A DNA stretch of 64,000 nucleotides, from the NCBI RefSeq assembly GCF_009914755.1, contig NC_060925.1, one strand, 5' to 3'. Every line of letters begins with the position of its first letter. The stretch's first letter is position 1. Origin of the DNA: the human T2T-CHM13v2.0 reference genome, Homo sapiens. The notes under the pieces were generated by a model. The model searched no databases. It saw nothing but the letters and a program-made list of their open reading frames with translations, and was not told the origin of the DNA. The position numbers were made by a program, and so were the translations under genes. Below, piece by piece: positions 27,866-39,253 of the stretch.

Positions 27866-28773
27866 TAAGACTCCTTTTTTTTTTTTTATTGTATGTGGGA
27901 ATCGCCTTTGTGGGATTTCCACATACAATAAAAGGGGATTCCCTTATACAATAAAAAAAAATCAGGCACAGTCTGAGCACCTGCCAGGGCAGGATACATA
28001 CCAAAGAGAACAGTGCAAGACTCCTCATTTCATCCCTGTTAACAATGACACAGGATTTCACAGCACAACCAACTTTCCCTGGACAGCTTTCCATGCCTCT
28101 CTCAAGGCCGTCCCCATGGTGGGCTGTGCCAGGACAACCCTTGAGCCTATTTTACAGTAAAGAGATGGACCTTGAGAAATGAAGGCCCCCCACAGCTAAC
28201 AAGGACATGAAGCTGAAATGCAAATCTAGATTCCTACTGATGCCAAGCTGCATGCCCTCTGGGCCTTACCATTTAGCCATGCAGTGGCCATATGCAGGAG
28301 TGGGACAGGACCATTCTGCCCAATACAGATAAGGTGCACAGACATCTCAGAGACGCCATTTATCAGTACCAGTCTGTGACAGGACTGCCAGCTCTGCCCC
28401 TTGAGGGGGTGCAGGGGTGAGACATGACAGCAGGGACGGGCGGTGGGGGGGTTTAGAATCAATCCTCCCTGGATATTGACGGATGACTGTACTATATTAC
28501 TTAACCCTCACAACCACTATGCAAAGGAATCAGCATTCCCCCATTCTACAGATGGGAAAACTGAGGCTCCCGGCCAGGAAATGAGGATCCCTGACGATTT
28601 CCAGCCAAGAAATGACAAAGTGGAGACTAGAATTCACATGGGAGTCCAAGCCACCAGTCACAACCCAAATCCTTTAAAATCCAGAGGATTCAAAACCCAG
28701 GGAAAGAAATACACAACACAGACACAAACATTGCTAAAACTCACCTTGCCAAGGCTACAAAAAACCCCGTTAC

Positions 28774-29105
<332 letters not shown>

Positions 29106-30959
29106 TCAAAAACAAACAGTCATGATTGTCTATTTGCTCTAAGAGCTCCCAGCAACATGTATTAAAGAAGTTTATGTGAATAGTCTAATGCACTTGTGCC
29201 GTGGTCAGAATTATTACCAAGCTAAAAAAGATTAATTTTTCTAAATACTCTAAACCCTCAGACACTATTATAAAGGCTACAGCTAGTGCCACATTTCTGT
29301 TATCTTGGCTGACAGATCCCCAAGTACACACACCTCCCTGCCACTTCTCCCTGTTAAGGCTTAAACACACACACACTCACATACAGAGGCAGGGAAGTCA
29401 TGGGAAGGGGGCCAGGCACCCTTGACTAGGGTTCCCCACTCGAGACCCTGCCTCCCTCACAAAATAGAGACGACCTAAGGAACTGTGGGGAGAGCTGGGT
29501 ATCTCCCAGCTCCCTCTGAGTGCTGGCTGGCACAGAGCTAACTCTTGGTCCAAGTTTGCAAATGCTTAGCTAACAAAGATGGCATTATGCGAAAGACTGG
29601 TGCACACTGCTGCTCTGGGAGTTCAAATGAAGTGACCACTGCCAAAAATTTTGTTTGGGTCCCCACCACTCCCCCCGCCCCACCTCCCGCCTTGAAATAA
29701 AGGGCAAGGATTTGCAATTTGGGGTCTTGCCGCCACTTGAAACCCATTAAGGTGGCTGCACTGCTCGGGTGCTGGCAAAATGCAACTCCAGTTTCTCATT
29801 TAATGTTTAATTAGCTACCGATGGAGGAGTCTGGCAGCCTCTGGGGTTAAGAGGAATTGCACAAAACAGGGCGGGAGCTTAAAGAGGGGCTGCAACCCAA
29901 AGCCTATGCTCCAAGGGGAATGGGGGAGAGGGGAAAAAGAAGTGTGTATGTTTTGTGTTTTTAATCTGCCACACAAGGGTGCCAAGGGTCAGAGCCAAAG
30001 GCAACGCCGTGAACTTGCCAGGACCTCTGGGCAGATAGCTAGCCTGGCTTATCACAGGGCAGCACACTCCCCCAGCTCTTTGCAGCCCAGCTGCAGGCCT
30101 TCTCCACCTATTCCAGCCTGCACTGCCACCCTCTTGTCCCCCTCCCCCGAAAGGGTTCTGGCAGGCATGGACACTCCCTGCCTGGCAGGAACCTCAGCTC
30201 AGCACATCCAAGGAGAGCCCTCTCAAATATCACTTTGCTATTTCAAACCCACCAAGGACGCTGGACCCCTGCCACACAGCCACAAATACCTCAGTGCCTG
30301 CCCACGCCCATGACTCTGGGGCACTTTCCTACTTTAACCAACCCTCCTCAAGGCAAAGTCTCCCCTCTGCTGAGGGAGGAGTCAGCAGTCTTGTTGGGGT
30401 GGGAGAGCAGAGTCTTGCTGGAGTGGGAGGACAGGGCCAGGGAGCCAGCCTCACTGAGGTGGAGCACACAACAGCCAAGATGAAAGGGAACTCAGGTCTT
30501 CAGAGAAAGGAAACTGAGGCAAGCAAGGAAAATTCATCAAGGTCATGGAACTCCATGTCCATTTCACTCCCCAAGTTCTTCACTGGGAATCAGAGAGGCC
30601 TGGGGTTGGAGCAGCTGTCCATGAGCCTCCTGAAACCATGCACAAAGTCCCCTTTATGAGGGCTTTCTGGAAATACTGTCCATAGCTTTTATCACATTTT
30701 CCCTGCCAAAAGTTAAGAGCCGTTGCACCACAACAAACCCCCTTCCCAGAGTTCAGGTCTCGCCTCTGCCAGTGACTCCACAATTCACCTTGCGGGGGCT
30801 TCCGTTCAATTCTGTTAAGTTCATTTCTTCAGTGAACATGTCGGGGGGCACCAACCAGCATACCCGGTGCCAGGTATGCTTCAGGTCAACTGCAAATACC
30901 TCCCCTCTGTTTTGCAGGGATTCTTTATCAAGTAAGTGTCAATAAAAGCTGAGAGGCAG

Positions 30960-31080
30960 AACTAGAAAGATAGAGGATTTCTAGTCTCAGCTCTGCCAAC
31001 ACCTGGCTGCCTGCCCTTGGACAAGCCACCTAAACTCTAGGGTTCAGTTTCCTCATCTGTAAAATGGGAGTGAGATTTTG
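30960..31080 (+). mobile_element. MIR SINE
   Basis: ccttggacaagccacctaaactctagggttcagtttcctcatctgtaaaatggg. Confidence 0.8.
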
Positions 31081-34000
31081 TAACAAAACCCAACCGACGA
31101 GGCAGCTGCAAAGCCCAGCCACAATCACACACATGAAAACATGTTATAAAAAAGTACAGCAGGTATGTGTAGTGTAAGAATCCATTGCTATTCTCTAGTG
31201 TCTTTGGCTCAAAGGCCACTCATTTCTTGGCCTTCCAAATTCCACTCATTTCTTGACATCAAAAGGAAAACACAAAATTAGCTACCACATGGAGAAAAAG
31301 GATTGCTTGTTGTTTGAGAAGGCACCAAAGACACTTCCCTGCAGGTCCACCCTGGAGAAAGTCAAAGCGGAGAAGGTGGCCAGGACACCTCTGGGCACAC
31401 AGTTAGAGACACTCATGCAGCTGAAAGTGTCCACTCTACAAAAGGTCAGGACCCAGACAACAGTGTCTAAGAGAACCCAAAGAGATGCCCCAATGGGATC
31501 CCATGGGCTTTTGTCAACACTCTGAGATGCACTGCTCTGGCCTGAGGGTAACAGCAAGGAAATTACAATGGGACCGTGACCCTCCTCCCGTGACCCTCCT
31601 CCCATGACCCGGGGGACCTCTTCTGATTTAATGCAAACCAATTTATCAGAAAAGTCCACTCCAGATGTGAGTTCCCCCAATGCTCCCGTTGCCCCTGTAA
31701 GCACTTCCTACCCACCGAAGATGGGTCTGGTATCCAGGCTGCACAAACTCCCCACACCCTGAGAATCTTTGGATCTCCTTGATAGAAAACAGAAGGTCAG
31801 TCAACAGACACTTATTTACACTCTACTTGATTTTCTAAAAAGTAGTTAAGGCAACTAGTTAATTGACTTCAAAATCACCTTGTTCGAGAGCACCCGCAAC
31901 AATTATGTCTCTAAAAGAACACCATTCAAGACTCACTCACCCGCAAGTGACTTACTCATTCTTACCTAACTCCTTCATACAATCAGCACGTGTGCCTGCT
32001 ACATGGAAGGTACTGTGGGAGCTACAGAGATGAATAGTTCACGGTCTCCACCATGGAAAAAATTAATAGGCTGTCGCCCGAAAGACAACCCTAAGTGAGA
32101 AGTTAGGTGGAATAGTGCCAACAAATGGTACTTGCCATGGGCCTGCAGGGCCAAGCCAGGTGGTGTTAGAAACACCCATTCCAGAGTCAGTCATGACTCC
32201 ATGTGTGTGCATTCTAACTACCACTTCCCAGCTGGGAATTAACCACTGTGTGCCTCAGCTGCTTCATCTGCAAAATGGAGTGAACAACAAGCCTTCTCTC
32301 ATCGGGTCTCTGGCAGGATATGAGGGACTGAACCTACAGCAGTTAGCAGAGTGGCCTGGCACACGGAAAGCTGCCAACAGAGGCTTTGTATAGGTGGTTT
32401 TTATAGATATGGAGATGAAGGCGTGATCACAGAATGCAGAAAACTATCTCATAAGTCCTCCAAGAAGGAGGTCTTAAAAGATGAATAGGATTTGAATGGG
32501 TAAGAGAGGAATGCATTCCAGGCAAGAGGAAGGAGTCAGCAAGAAGCTACTGCAATCATTCTAGCAAGAAGGAATGAAGGTTAACTAGACTGTAGCCACA
32601 AGAAGGGAGAGACTAGATGAAGACTGGAGAAAGACAAAAAGAAAAGTGGGCTCCTTTTCCTAATTTTCTGAAGTTCTTCTTAGTTTTCCACTTGCTTCTC
32701 TGCTGTCACCCCTCCAACTCAATGCTACCCCTTAACGCCTTCATAATCCCCATTCATCACTCCATCCCTCCTCCCACAGGCTCTGACTCTCAGGCCACAT
32801 GATACCAGGTGGAGCCCAATTCAAAAAAAAAGGTTTTTACACCCCACACATATGAAGTGTAGGCCTCAATTAGGGTGACCTCATCTCTTAGTAGCATCTT
32901 CTAAATGTCAACGCCAACCTCAGTGATCTCTATACATTTCTACTGCCATTCCTCAGCAAATTACTGAAAGCAAACCCATGTGCAAACTTTCATGGCCGCC
33001 ATATTGTTTCAGGATGGAAGACGACACCACAAGTTGCCAAAGACTCTCAAATTTGTAGAGCACCGAACTTGGTTAAAATCATTAACTTCTCTGAAAGGTA
33101 CAGGCAAAAAATAGCATAGATATGCTACATCAAGAGAGTGAAAGACCCACCCACCCATCCCCAGATTCTAAAATGAAACTATTTACATAGCAGTCAAAAA
33201 CTAGCAACAGTGTTGGCTGTTCACAGGTTTAGGAAAAAAACCATGCAAGATTTTTACTAGGTAGAAAGGTCAAATTCATCAACTATTTTTATATGGCTGT
33301 GTACCTCTTAGCCTCCCTGAACATCCAGGTCAGGAAACCTTATCATCACCATGGGATTTTCCCAGAAGAACCACATCATAAGTGAACCGGTGGTGACCTC
33401 TCCCTTTCACTACCATGCAAGTTTACCAGACCAGAAGTACCATTCATCAGCTTCTCTTTTTCAGCCCTGAAGAGGGCACAAGAACTGCTCAATTTCCTCA
33501 GCGTTACATTCCAAGAGCATTAACTTTTCATTCACAACAAAACTGCATCACATTGAATATTCTCAAAACCAGTAGGCCACCACCTGAGTCTCTAACTCCT
33601 CACATTACAGGAGAAATTTTCACCATGAAGACATTGGTGATCATGGGATTTGACCACTTGTGAAATAACCAGATGGGTCTGGTCTCTTAGCCAATTTCCA
33701 CCTCCACATGCAGGGAACTCAGATGGCTGGGCCAAGCAGGTGGGACCCAATGACGTTCAAGAAACCAACTCCCAAGGACCCATGGTTTCCCAGGATCATT
33801 CCTACCCACTGCACACAGAAGAGCAAGACCATTAGATCACCTGCTATATGGACATGCTTAACTGTCTACAGGGCTAGCAAGAAGAACTGAACAGAGGCTA
33901 TGGAAGACCTTCAGACACGTCCTCTTCCATCTCCCCAAGACAGATCCTAACCCATTTCATCAGATCATCAAGTGTGACTGCAACCCAGGTTTGAAACCCA

Positions 34001-34242
34001 TGTTTGTTTTTCCTGAAGGGGACTGCTATGGGAGATGAATAGATGGCAGACAACCCTCTCGTAATAATTTCATAAATCTTAAGAAACTCATCCAGGTAGA
34101 AAGTGAGTAACAGGGTAGAAAGAACTACAATCTGATGTTAACTAGCTTCACAAGAATATTTTGGCCACAAGATTATGAACTAGCTGAGGATCTCAGAGTA
34201 CAAATCGTCTTAGCAGATACAGTATGAGCCCACCCACACCAA

Positions 34243-34265
34243 ACACACACACACACACACACACA
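34243..34265. repeat. (CA)n microsatellite
   Basis: About 11-12 AC units. Confidence 0.9.
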
Positions 34266-34725
34266 CCCCCATAATTTGAAAGATCGCTCTCTGGAAAGTA
34301 GAGCAAGAGAGTCCATTCCACCAAATTCTCACTCAACTCCAAAACGCAAGTTTCCTATTGGCTTTAGTTTGTTACAATTTCTTCTTAAACCAACACTAAA
34401 GAGGCTTAGTCCCCTCTCAGCTAACTGTCCACTCTTAACATAAGTCTCACAGTTCTGAGTCCTGTACAACACCATTTAATTCTCCGGATAGATATCTACA
34501 CAATTTTGCACAATTACAACATTATGAAACACCGTTCACCAAGTTAGAACACTGCTGGAGAAAGGTACCATTGGGAGGGCTGCAGAGAGGTGGGCAGGGG
34601 AACAGAAAGAAACGCAAGAAGCAAATAAAGACCACTGCGAACTGGCTGTGTTTGCTTTTCGTACTAGAGAAGTTAGAGCTATCCAACCCTATAATTATTG
34701 CTAGGATTAAAAATATGTTACTCAC

Positions 34726-34810
34726 ATAATCATGAAAGGCTTTTGCTTCACTTGAATGTTCACAAGTGTCTCTCCTTTCAGGAGCTGCACAGTAAAGGTC
34801 CCAAAATACA
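34726..34810 (-). CDS. SSBP3: SSBP3 coding exon 4 ([28 protein letters not shown], 85 nt)
   Basis: Branch-like CCTGAC, polypyrimidine tract and GCAG|T GTA TTT; donor TAT|GTGAGT. Visible inside ORF 34522..34911. Cumulative length 276 nt = 92 codons. Confidence 0.97.
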
Positions 34811-37440
34811 CTGCGAGGAGGAAAATAAAATAAGGTCAGGTTACTAATTATTACTTGTGTACACAAGGGCAAGTGCACGATGCATGGCGCTAACAGTACT
34901 AGGTCTCCCAAAGGCTCAATCCCACCTTATCAGCTCTCATTGGGCAAACAGCCTAGAAAACAAAACACGTCCAACTTCTTCTGGCAAGCCAGCCATTAGT
35001 AATGGCAGTAATAGTTCTTATATATCAAATACCTACTACATGCCGGATGCTTCACACCCGTATTACTTGTGTCTACCATATACTGTAAGGTAGGCAATTT
35101 TCTCTCCACTTTACACAGGGGGCAACTGAAGCTCCAAGGGGTTAGTAGAACCTACTCATGGATGCCCTAGGAGGATGAACGCAAATGTGGACGAGAATCC
35201 ATACTGTTCTAATCTGTTTCCTTTTTACCACCCAAACCAAAATGGCTGCATATCCTAAAAAAGGTTCAAGTGCCAAAGTCAGAACACAACTATGATTCAT
35301 ATATGCCGCGATTTGGAAGACTCTGGCAATAGGAACTTTACAGGCTCTTAATCCCAGAGCCCGCACCTCCACCCTTCCCACCTCACCCCCACTCCCACCC
35401 AAGCCCTCCCTCAAGGAATTCTTATGCAAGAACCACTCCTCCCTCCATGCACCAAAAAACACAAATCAGTTAGGCAAAGGACAGGTCATGGACAACCAAG
35501 TATCCAGTCCTTTCACATTGCAGTAGAGGGCCCTCTTCACAGAAGCACCTGTCAGCAAAGGGAAAGAAGGAAGCAGGCCTAGAAATGCCTGCCTCACCCC
35601 CCACTAAAGATTTTGTATGGTCACTCCGACATTCTGTATTAAAATGAGAACAGACATACAAGTCCTATGTCAACCAATAAAGCCCTATTCAAACACGGAG
35701 TTGTCAGTGATATTAACAAGGGACCTAAGAAACTCTCCAAATCAGGAGCCCGAGGCCCAGGGACAGAACAAGCTTAAAGGGTAAAGTGGGCACCAAAACC
35801 AAAGTCCTACTCCTGGTCCACTGCTCTTGTCCTCGTCACAAACAGCCAGCTCTGCAAGTCATCAGACAAGCATCTCACTCAAGGTGTGAATAATGCAGCC
35901 TGCCCCTCACCAGACAAGCTCCACTGCTTCCTCCCGCTGGAGAAAGCCTGGGTCATTTGCTCAGTGTCAAATCGCACAAACCAACTTCTACCAAACAGGG
36001 CCACAGCCACTCAAAGCCACCACCGCCTGGGCCTAACACAACAGACTCTACGTTCCTGCGGCTGAGATAAGGATGGAGAAGTTTCAGGAGATTCTGGATA
36101 TAACAGGAAAATCAGGACTTCTACTAGCTGCAGAGGGGGGCTGGAGAACATTCCTTTCTGTCTTCTGGAACTGTACACATCTGCTTACCTCCTCCACACG
36201 TTAAAGGTTTCTAACACTACAAATTCCCCGGCCCCTTCACTCATAAGCCTAAGTAACCTTCAATCATAAACCTAAGTTTCTACAAGATCCAAGCCGATCA
36301 GAGCCGCCAACCCCATCCACACACTCCCTCCAAAAACAGCCACAGAAAGCCTATCACCCACTCCTACAGGTGGAATCCTTCCGCCACACAAATGCCTCCA
36401 AGACCGGCAGTTCCGAGGTTGGCAGAAGTAATTAAAAACTCATTTTCTCTGCACAAGTTAGAACAGACACTTCATCCTCCTGCTGTTCTAAGAGACTTAA
36501 AACAGTAACCTGAGCTGGCAGATAAACCCGCTAAGATCCCAACGACAGGAGACAGGACACACCGTTTTGCTGAACTCCATCAAAATATCAAAAGCCACTC
36601 TGCTTTCTTTTCTTTTTCAAAAGGATGTCAAAGACTCCACCAGTCAGTCCCACAAAACACCCGGGTCATATACCTAGGGCAACTGGCTCCGGCTGACCCT
36701 GAGCTCCCTCCTGGCTGTCATATACCCAACACAGAGACCAGACCTGCGGTGGCCCCACACCCAAAGGACACAGAGGCCTGGTTAGAGAGTCACAGAGAGT
36801 GGGAGCCCCTAACTGCAGACACTGCGAGGTCGACTCTGACCAGTTAAGGTTCTGCGTAAAACAACACTTTGTGGTTTTAGTGGGGGAGGGGGGCGGGGAG
36901 CTCCCAGAGGAAAGGAAGGACCAGTCAGTCTGAATCAGTATCTTTAAAGGAAGTGGCAGCCCTTTCTTGCTCTTTCTCAGGGTGCCTGGAAAAAGCCCCG
37001 GTAGATGCCCTCTCTTAAGGTTGTGAGCTCCCGAGGAGAAAAAGGAAGGGACAGGCTAGTTGTAAAACAGACCTGGTATCCCCTCCACGCCGCCCCACCC
37101 CCACTCCTCTAATTAAAGCAACATGCAGAATTGACAAAAATCCTCCAATGTTTTTTCAAACCCCCTGCCTAGAGCCCCAGAGTGAAATGTAAAAGTAAGG
37201 AGTTTCTACCCCAACACCACAGATGGTTTTGTCGTTTTTCCCCCCAAAACTTTAGGTAACATCCTCTTCCGCCCTTCTCCTCCTTGGCCAGCTGGGCCGG
37301 AGTGCCTCGAGGTGCCCCGCTCTGTGCAACGCAGAGGGCCACAGGGCGGAGGGCCTGCTCCAAGCCTCCCTTCTTTGTTCACTTGGACCCAGGGCTCACA
37401 ACAAAACAAACACACATGCAAAACTATCACACAAACTTAC

Positions 37441-37502
37441 CACCACCACGAGTGCAAAAACCCAGGCGGTTCTCCCAACGTGATGTTTTTTTCCCATCGA
37501 AT
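37441..37502 (-). CDS. SSBP3: SSBP3 coding exon 3 ([21 protein letters not shown], 62 nt)
   Basis: Acceptor CTTTCCAG|ATT CGA, donor TG|GTAAGT. Contains the conserved [13 protein letters not shown] motif. Confidence 0.97.
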
Positions 37503-37723
37503 CTGGAAAGGTAAGAGCAGAAGCAGCTTAGAGGAGCAGAGACGGGGTGGGCTGGGGGCTTCCCAGAGCCAAAAGGCTAGGAAGACCAACTAACAATAAA
37601 TGCCAAAAGGTGATAAAAATTCAAAATGGTGGCCACAGTGGCTGCTCCTGAAAACAAAGGCTCTAAGAATAGTGGGGGGGGGGGGGTGTCAAGAAATTGG
37701 ATGCTGGGGGGAGTCCCACTCAC

Positions 37724-37796
37724 CTCCGATAAGAAGGTCTGTGCAGATTTCTGTGCTCCTACGTGCAGTAAATATTCGTAGACGTATAAAGCTAAC
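37724..37796 (-). CDS. SSBP3: SSBP3 coding exon 2 (LisH motif [24 protein letters not shown], 73 nt)
   Basis: Acceptor CTTTCCAG|G TTA GCT, donor GAG|GTGAGT. Translates in frame with exons 1 and 3. Confidence 0.97.
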
Positions 37797-38814
37797 CTGG
37801 AAAGTGGACAGGGGGCAAAGAGAGAGAGGGAAAGGCGTCAGATCCCACCGGCGCTCTCCAGGACCTTGCCAGCAGGCTTTGAGCCCTGTCTGCGCCGTCC
37901 CATTGTGGCCCCGACCAGAGGTAAGCAGCTAGCTCACCCCAAACAGGGCCGCCAGGTGCGAACAGTTAGGGGGTGGGGACCAGGGAACGCGTTACCTCAA
38001 GCGGTGAGGGATGGAGAGCAGCCCCCAAACTTGAACTTCCAAGTGGCGTCGCGGGCAAACCCACCTAGGTTCCTCAAACTCGCAAGCCACTCGACCCCAC
38101 AGCCACCTTGCCTTTCCCGACCCACTGCTCGCTACGCTCTCGCCAGCTTTGGAGGTCCGAGGAGACTCGGCCCTGGACTCCGGGTGCTTGGCGCGCTCTG
38201 GAGAGGGCAGCAAAGCTCCACCCTCGTCACCTCCCCCCAAACAACTGTGCCCCAAGCCTGGGGCCAAGCCGGCACCACCGTCGCTGCCCAGCCCGGCGTC
38301 CGAGGACGCGGAGCCGGTGACGAAGCCGAGGACAGGGAAGGGAGAGCGCTCCCGGCCGAACAAAGCCCCCGGCACGCACTCCTCACGCCGCGGGCGGACA
38401 AAAGGAGGCTTCGGGGCTGCAGAAGCCACGCGCCCCCTGCCCGCACCCGGTGGGCAAAGTGCGGCCACCGCGGGGAGCGCCCGGCTGGGGAGAACGTCGA
38501 GGCTCGCTGGCGGGACCTCGCCCACCACTCACCGCGGGCCCCCGCGCTCGACCCGCGCCACGGCCACCAAGTACCCCCTCCGGCGGCTCCCCCCACCGCC
38601 CCTTCCCCGATCCCCCAACCTCCGCCGGCTCCCAACAATGGGCTCTCCCACGCCGCCCGCCACGGCCTCGGGGAAGGGGCCAGGCAGGCGGCGCCTGGAC
38701 CCGGGGACCCGAGGGCGCAGCAGCCTCCGGCCCCCGCCCGCCCGCCCACCTGCCTCCCACCGCCCGCCCGCAGCCCGGCGGCGGCGCGGCCGCCACTTGC
38801 AAAATAGGGCTTAC

Positions 38815-38870
38815 TTTTCCCGAGCCTGCCCATCCGAGGGCACCGCCGAGCCTTTGCCTTTGGCAAACAT
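38815..38870 (-). CDS. SSBP3: SSBP3 coding exon 1 (MFAKGKGSAVPSDGQARE-K, 56 nt)
   Basis: Minus strand reads CAAACC-ATG TTT GCC AAA GGC...GAA AA|GTAAGC. The N-terminus MFAKGKGSAVPSDGQAREK is the one I recognise for SSBP3. Phase matches exon 2. Confidence 0.97.
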
Positions 38871-38896
38871 GGTTTGCAGGGAAGAGGGCGCCGAGC

Positions 38897-38898
<2 letters not shown>

Positions 38899-38928
<30 letters not shown>
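38899..38928 (-). repeat. (CGG/GCG)10 trinucleotide repeat in SSBP3 5'UTR
   Basis: Uninterrupted (CGC)10 on the + strand, ending 28 nt upstream of the ATG. Confidence 0.95.
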
Positions 38929-39067
38929 TACCGCTCCGGCTCTCCCGAGCTGCCCCTCGCTCCCGGCCCCCTCCCCGGCGCTCGCTCGCTCTCTCGCTCG
39001 CTGGCGCTCTCCTCGCCGCGCTCCCCTCCCTCCCCCCCAGGCGCTGGCTCCGCGCTCTTTCCAGCTG

Positions 39068-39097
39068 TCAAAGCGTCAGCCCCGGCCGCGGCCCCAT
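39068..39097 (-). other. Candidate uORF MGPRPGLTL* in SSBP3 5'UTR
   Basis: AGGGCG-ATG-G (G at -3 and +4), 9 codons then TGA. Valid only if the TSS lies upstream of 39097. Confidence 0.65.
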
Positions 39098-39136
39098 CGC
39101 CCTGGAACTCCTTCCGCGCCGGCTCGGCCTGGGGGT

Positions 39137-39253
39137 GCCGCCGCCGCCGCCCGCACGGCCGCCCGCTCTCCGCTCGCTCGCGCGCCCGCCCGGCTCCGCC
39201 TGCGCCGCCCTCTGCGCCTCCAGCACCGCTGCCGCCGCCGCCGCCGCCGCCGC
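39137..39253 (-). repeat. Two further GGC tracts: (GCC)5 at 39137-39151 and (GCC)7 at 39231-39251
   Basis: Read directly from the sequence. Confidence 0.9.
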
